This document shows positions 28,791 through 37,254 of a stretch of 64,000 bases of DNA, in pieces. Position 1 is the stretch's first letter. Every line of letters starts with the position of its first letter. This DNA comes from an uncultured Lentisphaerota bacterium (lineage in GTDB: Bacteria > Verrucomicrobiota > Kiritimatiellia > CAIQIC01), in assembly GCA_903889245.1 (NCBI GenBank), contig CAISWQ010000028.1, positions 70,677 through 134,676 on the forward strand. Direction: 5' to 3'. Under the pieces are notes generated by a model. The model searched no databases. It saw only the letters and a program-made list of their open reading frames with translations, and was not told the DNA's origin. A program made the translations under genes and the position numbers.

Positions 28791-30262
28791 CACTTGCGGG
28801 CGGCGAGGGTTTCGCAGGCCCAGATGTTGTAGCCGAGGCAGCCGGCGAGCAGGAGCGCGGCGAGGAGCGTGGCGTTGAGCGTGTGCGGGAAGAGGCCAAA
28901 GGGCAGGGCGAGCAGGACATCGCTCACGACGTAGCCCGCGAGCAGGCCGGCGCTGGCGACGTTGGAGCGTTGCGCCCGGACGCGCACGGTCAGGTTTGCG
29001 GAGAGCCACGGCAACGCCGCCACGATAAGCAGCCACGGGCCCATGCGCCAGCCCAGCGGCCAGTCCCACACCACCGCCAGCAGCTTCCCGCCTCCGGCGA
29101 CGTACACGAGGCCCACAACCAGCAGCACACCGGCGATGATCATGACCGGCAACGCGTCGCGGAAGGAAAGCGCCGGACGTTCGGCATGCCGCGCGCGCTG
29201 GCGCGAGGTCCGGGCCTTTTCTTCGCCGGAATTTTTCGCGCGCGCCGTTTCCAGGTAAGCGTTGAGCTCGCGGGCGAGGTCCAGCGCGGTGTGCGGCCGG
29301 TGGTGCGGCTTGAGCGCGAGGGCCTTGTATATGATGTCCGCCAGCCGCGGGTCCAGATCGGCCTTGCGCTGGCGGGGCGGGATGATGTCGCCTGCGCTGA
29401 TCCGCTTGAGCACGACCATCGGGCCGCCGGTTTCGTCATAGGGCATGGCGCCGGTGAGCAGGCGGTAGAGGATGACGCCCAGCGCATAGACATCGGAGGC
29501 GGGCGAGAGTTCCTTCTTGTGGCCGTCCACCAATTCGGGCGAGATGAAGCCGACCGTGCCCGTCACCACGTTGCCGGTGGCGCTGGGGCGGGTCTCGGTT
29601 TCTTCCAGGCATTTGGCCAGGCCGAAGTCCACTAGGAACGGCGTACCGTCGCCGGTCACGAGGATGTTGGAGGGTTTCAGGTCGCGGTGGACGATGCCGT
29701 GTTGGTGGGCGAAGCCGACCGCCTCGCAGATGCGGACCATGAGCCGGAGAATATCCTCCGTCGTCCTGGCGCACTTGAGGACGTAGCGGTCGAGGTGGAC
29801 GCCTTCCACGAGCTGCATGGAGTAAAACCACTTGCCGTCCACCGAGCCGGCGTCATAGACGCGGGCAATGTACGGATGTTCGAGGGTGGCGGCCAGCCGG
29901 ATTTCGCGTTTGAAGAGATGTTCGCCGAGCGCGGCCCAGTTCGTGCCCACGGTCATGACCTTCAGCGCCACCTCGCGGCCCGTGCTCTCTTGCACGGCGC
30001 GGTACACCGAGCCCATCCCGCCGGCGCCGAGCGAGCCACGGAACTGGTAGCCGGGGATGGTCAAGGCGCGGGCAGGCGCGTCGGGGAACAGGGCGGTGGT
30101 TTTTTCCACCACCTTGGTCTCCGCTGTTGGTAATTCGTCGCTCACGCCCGCCTCGTCGTCCGGTTGCGCTTGGGTGTGCGTAAGATGATTGGCCCGCCCG
30201 CATCCGTCAAGCGGGGATTGCGCCGCGGCCGAGGCGGGGGACGAGGGGCGGGTGGCGAACAT
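28790..30262 (-). CDS. Ser/Thr protein kinase with C-terminal multi-TM module ending in YNIWACETLA
   Basis: Motifs LGAGGMGSVY, EVALKVM, HRDLKPSNILV, DFGLAK and ISPEL, then TM helices. It is the only kinase on the minus strand and is divergent from the HTH-led operon. Confidence 0.85.
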   Translation of the reverse strand: MFATRPSSPASAAAQSPLDGCGRANHLTHTQAQPDDEAGVSDELPTAETKVVEKTTALFPDAPARALTIPGYQFRGSLGAGGMGSVYRAVQESTGREVALKVMTVGTNWAALGEHLFKREIRLAATLEHPYIARVYDAGSVDGKWFYSMQLVEGVHLDRYVLKCARTTEDILRLMVRICEAVGFAHQHGIVHRDLKPSNILVTGDGTPFLVDFGLAKCLEETETRPSATGNVVTGTVGFISPELVDGHKKELSPASDVYALGVILYRLLTGAMPYDETGGPMVVLKRISAGDIIPPRQRKADLDPRLADIIYKALALKPHHRPHTALDLARELNAYLETARAKNSGEEKARTSRQRARHAERPALSFRDALPVMIIAGVLLVVGLVYVAGGGKLLAVVWDWPLGWRMGPWLLIVAALPWLSANLTVRVRAQRSNVASAGLLAGYVVSDVLLALPFGLFPHTLNATLLAALLLAGCLGYNIWACETLAARK

Positions 30263-30445
30263 CGGAACGTGGACAGAAAAATGGGAGACAGAAAAAGCAG
30301 AGGGGCTGAACAGGGCAGGCGGGAAGAAAACCCTGCCCGCCTTCGCTGTTCCACTGTAGCGGCGCGCTATGCGCGCCGATGGCGACCGCAGGTCGCCGCT
30401 ACAGATTCAGAAACTGCTGGAGGGCCACGCTCCGTCGTGGCCGGT
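30258..30445. repeat. MITE-like repeat copy with 11-bp perfect inverted repeat CTGTAGCGGCG...CGCCGCTACAG and hairpin B (30422..30441)
   Basis: gtggacagaaaaatgggagacagaaaaagcagaggggctgaacag...ggagggccacgctccgtcgtggccgg. Confidence 0.8.
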
Positions 30446-30504
30446 GCCGCGCGGGTGGGTTTTGTTTTCTGTCCGTTTCTGTTCCGGCGCTCCTCATGCA
30501 CGGG

Positions 30505-30630
30505 CCGTCCAAGCATTGGAAGCAGGCGGGGGCTGTTTTTCCAAGGGTTGGAAAAAATCAGCGCGGTTTTTCCAAGGCTTGGAACGGTAAAAAAGAAGGT
30601 TCCCAAGACGTGGAAAACCAAGGGTTTGGG
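30505..30630. repeat. Array of four to five TTTTCCAAGnCTTGGAAAA palindromes, centre-to-centre spacing 31-32 bp
   Basis: Palindrome centres at ~30514, 30546, 30577 and 30608. Confidence 0.8.
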
Positions 30631-30725
30631 GTGGCGGCAAAAAATAATAAAAAAAAGCTATTGACAACAAACATAAACAGGAATAAATAAACGCCAACGA
30701 TGAACGCGATGTCCAGAGGTGCCAT

Positions 30726-31064
30726 ATGAGTCCAGAAAAAGAGTTCTTGTCGTTGGAAGAAACCGCCGACCTGCTGGGGGTCAACTACCAACTGATCTAC
30801 AAGCTGGTCCGGTCGGGCGAGCTGCCGTCGGCGCGGGTGGGCAAGGTCTATCGGGTGATCCGCCGGGACCTGGATGCCTACCTGGAAAAAAGCAAGAGCG
30901 CGGTCGGCGGCGGGACGTGCGCGGCGTGCGGCACGACCTATGGCAGCAAGGAGTCGCTGACGCAGGCGTGCAAGGAGTGCGGCGCGGCGATGTGCTTCGA
31001 CTGCTGGACGCGCCGGCGGCTCCGGTACTGCAAGGAGCATCAGGAGGCAGGGAAGAAGAAATGA
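30726..31064 (+). CDS. Excisionase/MerR-family HTH DNA-binding protein fused to a C-terminal zinc ribbon
   Basis: LSLEETADLLGVNYQLIYKLVRSGELPSARVGKVYRV is an excisionase-type HTH; the C-terminus is CAACG...CKECG...CFDCW..C. An AT-rich promoter region with TTGACA lies upstream. Confidence 0.75.
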   Translation: MSPEKEFLSLEETADLLGVNYQLIYKLVRSGELPSARVGKVYRVIRRDLDAYLEKSKSAVGGGTCAACGTTYGSKESLTQACKECGAAMCFDCWTRRRLRYCKEHQEAGKKK

Positions 31065-31202
31065 GGGACGAGGGTCGAGTGGCGAGGGTGGAAGCGAATT
31101 TATGATTTTGGATTTACGATTGATGATGGGTGGCAAGGGAATGTTTGAAGATACGAGACTGGAAACGGAGAAATAAACAGCGGCAACCGACAGGAGGAAG
31201 TT

Positions 31203-32798
31203 ATGGGTCTGTTCAGCAATAAATGCCCGAAGTGCGGATATGACGTGAGCAAGAAGGCGCGGATCTGCAGCCAGTGCGGCGCGCCGGCGCCGGGCGGCTG
31301 GTGGCGCTGCCCGAACCAGAAATGCAACCAGTGGATCGGCAACGAGTCGAACTTCTGCCCCTACTGCAAGACGCCGACGCATGTGGCGTCGCGCGAGTCG
31401 GTGGCGGGCGGCCGCTGGCAAAAGTCGCCGGACACGTTCGCGGAGCGCTTCGAGGTCAACGACATCAAGCGGCTCATCGAGCAGGGCCTGATCATCGAGC
31501 AGGGCACGGCGGCCATCTTGCTGGATGGCGGGGCGTTCAAGGACGTGCTCGGTCCGGGCACGCACAATCTCGACAGCCTCGCGCACAAGATCAACAACTG
31601 GGGCTCGCCGCCGCCGCGGACGGTGGTGCTGGTGGATGCGGGCGATGTGGTGCTGCCGCTGCACGTGGAGGGCCTGCGGTCGGCCGAGCAATATCCGCTG
31701 GAGCTGTTCGCCGAGATGCGGCTGCGCTTTGCCGAGAAGGGCGCGGCGATGTTCCTGGAGAACATGCTCAAGAACAAGCCGCGGTTCACCTATGAGGAAC
31801 TCGCGACGCAGATGAAGGGCGAGATCTGGTCGCTGGCGCAGGACTTCTGCACCAAGGCCACGGTGGCCGATTTGGTCAAGGACCCGGAGCGCCGGCTGCG
31901 GCTGGAAGACACGATGCAGAGGGAATTGCAGAAGGTGCTGGAGCGGTGCGGCCTCGAGATCATCCGCGTCGGCGCGGTGGAGTTCGTCGGCAAGGAATAT
32001 GAGGCGGAGCGCGCGCGGACCGGCGAGCTGGAACACAAGCGGCGGATGTTCGAGTTCGATCAGCGCCTGCGCGAGCTGGCGGCGTCGGACCGGATGGGGC
32101 AGCTCAAGACCGAGGACGAGCTGGCGACCTATGTCCGGCAGATGGCGCAGGAGCGGCAGATCAGCACGGCCAAGTGCGAGCAGGAAGTGGCGCTGCTCAA
32201 GATGGTGCAGAGCCAGGAGCTCGAAGCCAAGGATGTGGCCTTCCGGCTGCAGCAGCAGATGCAGCAGACCGCCCACGAGATCAACCTCAAGGTCAAGTGG
32301 GATGACTACAGCTTCGACAAGCTGGTGAAGGAAGCGCGGGCGCAAGCGGAGGCGCGCCGGATCGCGTTCGGGCAGGAAACGGCCGAGGTGGATCAGGCCC
32401 TGAAGTGGCGCGAGACGAAAAACCGCGAGAACGAGCGCAACCTGCGCGAGCGGCGCGAGGCCCTGCGCGGCGCCAGCCTGCTGGAGTTGATCGCGCTCGA
32501 GGATGACCCCGAGAAGCGCAAGGCGCTGCTGGCCCTGAACGAGCAGGAGGCGCGGCGTGGCCTGACGCCCGACCAGATCCTGGCGCTGGCGGCCGAGAAG
32601 TCGCCGGCGATTGCCGAGGCGCTGGCGCGGCAGATGGGCCGCAGCCAGGAGGAGATCCGCAAGGCGCAGGAGGAGGCCGCGCGGGCTCAACGGGAGAGCG
32701 CCGAGCGTTCCGAGCGGATGGGCAAGGAAGGCCTGGAGGCCGCCAAGGAGATCGGCAAACACATCACGCCGACGAGCAACCAGCAGATCATCAAATAG
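31203..32798 (+). CDS. Double zinc ribbon - SPFH/band-7 (flotillin-like) domain - long coiled coil
   Basis: N-terminus has CPKCG...CSQCG and CPNQKC...CPYC. IIEQGTAAILLDGGAFKDVLGPGTHNL and ...GLEIIRVGAVEF fit SPFH topology, and a charged coiled coil follows. Confidence 0.65.
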   Translation: MGLFSNKCPKCGYDVSKKARICSQCGAPAPGGWWRCPNQKCNQWIGNESNFCPYCKTPTHVASRESVAGGRWQKSPDTFAERFEVNDIKRLIEQGLIIEQGTAAILLDGGAFKDVLGPGTHNLDSLAHKINNWGSPPPRTVVLVDAGDVVLPLHVEGLRSAEQYPLELFAEMRLRFAEKGAAMFLENMLKNKPRFTYEELATQMKGEIWSLAQDFCTKATVADLVKDPERRLRLEDTMQRELQKVLERCGLEIIRVGAVEFVGKEYEAERARTGELEHKRRMFEFDQRLRELAASDRMGQLKTEDELATYVRQMAQERQISTAKCEQEVALLKMVQSQELEAKDVAFRLQQQMQQTAHEINLKVKWDDYSFDKLVKEARAQAEARRIAFGQETAEVDQALKWRETKNRENERNLRERREALRGASLLELIALEDDPEKRKALLALNEQEARRGLTPDQILALAAEKSPAIAEALARQMGRSQEEIRKAQEEAARAQRESAERSERMGKEGLEAAKEIGKHITPTSNQQIIK

Positions 32799-32828
32799 GA
32801 AGCAGCCGAAACGAGAGCGGGGGATGGT

Positions 32829-34457
32829 ATGCCTGATGGCGCAATATGGTTCGAGTGTCCGAACGCGGCCTGCAAATATAAGTTGAACCGGGCTGAAGTA
32901 GCGAAGCTGTGCCCGCAATGCGGGACAGATTTGACGGCGCTGCTGGCGGCGCTGGATGCGGGCGCGCCCGTCGAGTCGGCGGGCGTGCCACAGCCTCCGC
33001 CGCCACCCCCACCCCAGCCGGAGCGCGCGCCGCCTCCGGCGGGGCAGGAGGCGAAGCCCGTAGTTCGCGAGGGGCCAGCGGGCAGCTTCACCATACCCAC
33101 CATCCCCACCCCGGCGACACCTGTCCCCGTTACGGAGCGCGATGCGCCCGCCACGGTGGAGTCGCGGCCGCCCCCGATACCGGCCACGCTACGGGTGGAA
33201 AATCCACGGGCCGCGGCGGGCGCCGCCAGTGATCATGGCTGCGCCGAGCTGCTGGTGGAATATAACAACGCGCTGATCTTCATCGTGGGCTGCAAGCTGA
33301 ATTTTGAATTCCAGGTGACGCCGCAGGTCGAGGGTATCTCCAACGTGCGGATCGAGATCAAGGACGCCGACAAGCAGGCGGTGATCGCGACCCAGCATCT
33401 GGACCACCGCCTGGAGATGGGGCAGCGCGAAAAGTTGCCGATGGCCTTCCGGCCGGACGCGCAGCACGAAGGCGAGATGAATTGCGACATCACACTCTCC
33501 TTCGCCTGGCAAGGCTCGCGGCACGTTTATCGCGCGCGCCGGAAGACGCACTTTGTACTTCGCGCCACTGAATCAGCCGACAAGGTGCTCGACACCTTGA
33601 ACATCACCCTGAACCAGAATCTGGACAAGGCGCATGCCAATGATATCCGTGTGTACATGGATGACGTGATGGGGAAGCTGCCCCAGCGCAGCCAGTATCG
33701 GATCAACTTCGAGCAGGTCAAACTGCCGCCGCAGTGGGAGCCGTTGCGCTTGACGGCGCTCGCGCCGCGGCCGACGGCGGCGCGCGCGCTGACACTGTGC
33801 TTCCCGATGCAGCGCATCCACCTGCTGCCCGATTCCCAGGTCCGGGTGGGGCGCAGCCGGGAGAACGAACTGGTGGCACGGATACCGACCGGGAGCCGGG
33901 AAGACAATCAGCGCATCCACAATTTCCACTGCCAGATTTTGCGGGTGGAGAACGAGGTGTTCATCAAGGATGGCGGCGCCTATCCCGAGGGTTTCCGCGC
34001 CAGCTCCAACGGTACGTTTGTCAATGGCGAGCAGCTTGCGCCGGAGGGTGAGTGCAAGGTGCAGCCCAACAAGACGGTCGTGCTGTCCTTGAGCGATCAG
34101 AACTCCGACGACCGGCGCATCTTCGCCCTGAAGATGCGGCTGTGGCGGCGGATGGATATCCAGGAGGGGATCAGCCCGGCCTGCGGCAAGGGCGCGCCCG
34201 AGGACCTCGTGGCGTTGACCATGCAGGCACTGCGCGATCCGCAGCACTGGTTTGTGTTGCTGTGGCGGCAGTTCCCCCTGGAGAAGATTTGCGGGCGTGA
34301 TTATAGCGGGCTTTGCCTGTGCAAAGAGCCGCTGGGCTTCCTGGTGCAACACGCGGGGCTTTGCGATCCGCTGGAGCCCGGCCGCGAGTTGGAGATCGGT
34401 GGGCAGATCATCCAGGTCGCGCGCTATGAGAAGCCGTGGGTTTCAACTGTGCGGTAG
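32829..34457 (+). CDS. Zinc ribbon - Pro-rich linker - FHA-domain protein
   Basis: N-terminus has CPNAACKY...CPQCG. The FHA core is GRSRENELVARIP...HNFHCQILRVENEVFIKDGGAYPEGFRASSNGTFVNGEQL. FHA binds phospho-Thr, which is consistent with partnering the neighbouring kinases. Confidence 0.75.
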   Translation: MPDGAIWFECPNAACKYKLNRAEVAKLCPQCGTDLTALLAALDAGAPVESAGVPQPPPPPPPQPERAPPPAGQEAKPVVREGPAGSFTIPTIPTPATPVPVTERDAPATVESRPPPIPATLRVENPRAAAGAASDHGCAELLVEYNNALIFIVGCKLNFEFQVTPQVEGISNVRIEIKDADKQAVIATQHLDHRLEMGQREKLPMAFRPDAQHEGEMNCDITLSFAWQGSRHVYRARRKTHFVLRATESADKVLDTLNITLNQNLDKAHANDIRVYMDDVMGKLPQRSQYRINFEQVKLPPQWEPLRLTALAPRPTAARALTLCFPMQRIHLLPDSQVRVGRSRENELVARIPTGSREDNQRIHNFHCQILRVENEVFIKDGGAYPEGFRASSNGTFVNGEQLAPEGECKVQPNKTVVLSLSDQNSDDRRIFALKMRLWRRMDIQEGISPACGKGAPEDLVALTMQALRDPQHWFVLLWRQFPLEKICGRDYSGLCLCKEPLGFLVQHAGLCDPLEPGRELEIGGQIIQVARYEKPWVSTVR

Positions 34458-34484
34458 GAAAAAATCAAACAGCAGGAGGCAGTC

Positions 34485-35252
34485 ATGCAAAAGCAGATGA
34501 AGGGATATGTTGGACTGATGGCCATCGCCGCCCTGGCGTGGCTCAACACGGGCTGCGCGACGCGGCTGGGCGTAGGCGCGCCCGCCACGCCGGCGACCCA
34601 GGATCACGTCGCGGCGCAACAGGACAACCAACTGTTGAACGTGATGGTGAAGTGCTCCACCACGAGCCAGAACGCGGCCGCCGTGGTCGCCGGCCGGGTA
34701 CGCGACGCCGTCGAGGGCGCGCTGGCGCCGAGCGTGAAGATCAACCCGCAGATGACCGACATCCTCGTGGACCTACAGGTCAACGCCACACTCTTCGACA
34801 AGTCCGGCGACTTCAGCCTCTATCGCGGCGAGGTACAGGCGGTGGTCACGCGCATGTTCGATGGCAAGGTGCTGGGCCGAAATACGTGGGTGGAAAAAGG
34901 CGCCCGGCAACTCGGCGATGCCGAGGCCTGCCGCGCCGTAGCCGATGTGCTCGCCAAGCAGGCCGCGCCGTGGGTGGCCAGGACCATCGAGCCGGCGTCG
35001 CAAGGGCTGGCTGCGGCCGACGTGCGGCTGGCCGCGCCGTTCTACCGGCGCACGCAGACGCAGGCCGCCTATGCCGCCCAGTTCGTGGAGACGGTCAAGA
35101 AGCTCGATGGCATCGTCTCCTGCGTGCTGGTGCAGCAGGACCTGGCCGCCAACCAGATGACGTTCCGGGTGGTCTACTTCAAGGAGAAGTTCCCGGAGGG
35201 TCTGTTGAACCGGCTGACCCTGCAGCAGGACTTGGATCTCAAACCGCGGTAA
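34485..35252 (+). CDS. Lipoprotein (signal peptide with lipobox LNTGC)
   Basis: MQKQMKGYVGLMAIAALAWLNTGC. No recognisable catalytic motifs. Confidence 0.7.
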   Translation: MQKQMKGYVGLMAIAALAWLNTGCATRLGVGAPATPATQDHVAAQQDNQLLNVMVKCSTTSQNAAAVVAGRVRDAVEGALAPSVKINPQMTDILVDLQVNATLFDKSGDFSLYRGEVQAVVTRMFDGKVLGRNTWVEKGARQLGDAEACRAVADVLAKQAAPWVARTIEPASQGLAAADVRLAAPFYRRTQTQAAYAAQFVETVKKLDGIVSCVLVQQDLAANQMTFRVVYFKEKFPEGLLNRLTLQQDLDLKPR

Positions 35253-35275
35253 AAAAGAAACCAAAGGAGCTGACC

Positions 35276-36364
35276 ATGAAACGCATGATGTGGCTGATGA
35301 TTCTCGCGGCGGGCCTGTTGGCCTCCCGTAGCCCGGCGGCCTTCAACGATGACGTGCGCCAGGCATTCCAAGGCGCGGTGGCCGATGCCCAACAGGACTT
35401 GAAAGGCAGCGGCTTGCCGGCCGGCGAGCCGATCGCGCTGCTGCCGATTGCCGGCGACCAGGGCGACTACGTCTATGGCCTGCTGAAGAACGCCGTCACG
35501 GCGGCGGGCCTGACCTGCGTGGAAGGCAAGAGCGACCCGTTCTGGAACGAGGTCATGGAGGAGGTCAAATTCGACACGCTGAAGGGCGACATCCTCGACG
35601 CCAAGACGCTCGTCGCCTTCGGCAAGCTGAAGGCTACCCGCATCCTGCTCTATGGCACGGTGCGCGACTTCTCCGCGGAAGGCTCGAAGGTGTACGTCGA
35701 GCTGGAGCTGCACGCCAGCTCCGTGGCGACCAAGCAACACCTCTGGGGCCGCTGCTTCGGCAAACGCCATTACTTGGCCAAGGATGTCGTGGGCCTGATC
35801 CAGTTGGACGACAAGGTCAAGGAAGTGCTGGCCAAGGCCTTCGACCGCGGCACCGAGTCGCTCAAGGCTGCGCCCAAGGTCAAGAACGTCCGCACCGTGG
35901 CCATGGTGCCGCTGGCGGGTGACATTGACCGCTATGCCAGCGGCCTGGCCGAGGCCATGGTGAGCAAGACTGCCGCGCTCTTCCCGAAGAACCTCGACAT
36001 CAAGACGCTGGCCGAGGCGCGCTCCCTCCTGCGCGACCAGCCACAGCAGGCCGACGCCGTCCTCTACGGCGCCGTCCGCGACCTCTCCCGCAAGCAGGAG
36101 ACGCCCGGCATCTTCTCCAATACCGACCGCCTGCAGGCGGTGATCCAGGTGAAGATCGAGAGCGCCAAGGATCACGAAGTGCTGTGGAGCGAGCAGCTCT
36201 ACGTCTCGGAACTCTATCAGCAGACCATCCCGACCGAATCCAAGGTCATCATGATCTGGCAGTGGCTGCGCGCGCATCCCCTCGTGCCGCTCGGCATCCT
36301 CGGCGGCATCATCATCCTGATCGTGTTGCGGATGCTGATCAAGGCCGGTACCCGCGTGCGGTGA
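35276..36364 (+). CDS. Secreted protein with tandem-duplicated internal domain and C-terminal TM anchor
   Basis: Signal peptide MKRMMWLMILAAGLLASRSPAA and C-terminal ILGGIIILIVLRMLIK. The internal repeat is ALLPIAGDQGDYVYGLLKN...LYGTVRDF versus AMVPLAGDIDRYASGLAEA...LYGAVRDL. The six-frame ORF 34436..36364 is a read-through artefact. Confidence 0.7.
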   Translation: MKRMMWLMILAAGLLASRSPAAFNDDVRQAFQGAVADAQQDLKGSGLPAGEPIALLPIAGDQGDYVYGLLKNAVTAAGLTCVEGKSDPFWNEVMEEVKFDTLKGDILDAKTLVAFGKLKATRILLYGTVRDFSAEGSKVYVELELHASSVATKQHLWGRCFGKRHYLAKDVVGLIQLDDKVKEVLAKAFDRGTESLKAAPKVKNVRTVAMVPLAGDIDRYASGLAEAMVSKTAALFPKNLDIKTLAEARSLLRDQPQQADAVLYGAVRDLSRKQETPGIFSNTDRLQAVIQVKIESAKDHEVLWSEQLYVSELYQQTIPTESKVIMIWQWLRAHPLVPLGILGGIIILIVLRMLIKAGTRVR

Positions 36365-36381
36365 AGCACGGAGGTGTTGTC

Positions 36382-36771
36382 ATGAAGAACAAGAAAATCA
36401 TCATCGGGGCCGTCATCGCCCTGCTGGCGGTGGCCGGCCTCGGCTGGCTGCACAGCCACTACGTCATCCATACCGACCGCGGCTACATCGTCATCCACAA
36501 ACAGTATCTCTCGTTCAGCGACTCGTGGGTGGACGCCCGCGCGTGGGGTACGACGGACTTCAACCAGCGCCCCCTGCTCAAGGAGGCCATGGTCCAGCAA
36601 GGCTACGGCGACTACCTCGCCGACCTACGCTGGCAAGAGTGGCGTCAAACGGCGGCGAACGCCCGCGACAGCGTCCGCGCCTGGTGGCAGCGGCAGGTAC
36701 AGGGCGTTCAGAACTTTTGGACGCGTCTGACCGCCTGCCACCACGACCGGGAAAAGCAACCGCAGACATAA
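36382..36771 (+). CDS. Small N-terminally anchored membrane protein
   Basis: MKNKKIIIGAVIALLAVAGLGWL, then a soluble Trp-rich domain. It is the last gene of the co-oriented block. Confidence 0.55.
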   Translation: MKNKKIIIGAVIALLAVAGLGWLHSHYVIHTDRGYIVIHKQYLSFSDSWVDARAWGTTDFNQRPLLKEAMVQQGYGDYLADLRWQEWRQTAANARDSVRAWWQRQVQGVQNFWTRLTACHHDREKQPQT

Positions 36772-36939
36772 AGCCCGGCCCAGGGTGCGGCGGCTGGCTG
36801 ACGGGGTGAAAGGCAGCGAGGGATGGCGCGTTCCGCACAGGCAAAGTTGGTAACAGAAAAGCCGGCCGTTTTCTGCCCGCCTCCGCGTTGGAGGGCCACG
36901 CTCCGTCGTGGCCGCTCTGTGCCTGCTTTCCTCATGCAG

Positions 36940-37058
36940 ACAGGTTTTCCAAGCATTGGAAACTTTCAGGTCCGGTTTTCCAGGGATTGGAAAATCTCAC
37001 GGAAATTTTTCCGAGCCTTGGAAAAAAGCGCCGGATTTTTTCCAAGCCTCGGAAAAGA
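36940..37058. repeat. Array of four TTTTCCAAGnCTTGGAAAA palindromes, spacing 31 bp
   Basis: Palindrome centres at ~36954, 36985, 37016 and 37047. Confidence 0.85.
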
Positions 37059-37084
37059 GGCGGGCGGACCTTGCACGGCAGAAA

Positions 37085-37185
37085 GATGGTGGACAGAAAA
37101 ATGGGAGACAGAAAAAGCAGAGGACGCGACGGAGCGCGTCCCTCCACGCGCGTCTTTGGGAGGGCCACGCTCCGTCGTGGCCGCG
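37085..37185. repeat. MITE-like repeat copy (short form: module + hairpin A 37122..37141 + hairpin B 37163..37182)
   Basis: Sequence identity; a further solo hairpin B lies at 36894..36913. Confidence 0.8.
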
Positions 37186-37254
37186 CTGGCTTTCCGTCTG
37201 GCGTCTTGGCGGTTGTCCTGCGGTCGGGGGCGATAGAAATGCAAAGGTGGCACC

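Noticed and set aside
30505-30630. Possibility that the regularly spaced TTCCAAG palindrome arrays are CRISPR arrays
   Set aside because: The units are 15-19 bp with ~12-bp spacers and a 31-bp period, and the repeats are imperfect palindromes. CRISPR repeats are 24-48 bp with 26-72-bp unique spacers, and no cas genes are present.
34436-36364. 642-aa ORF spanning the lipoprotein and secreted-protein genes
   Set aside because: The first half is an out-of-frame read across gene 34485..35252 and gives no sensible protein. The real downstream gene starts at the signal-peptide ATG at 35276 in this frame.
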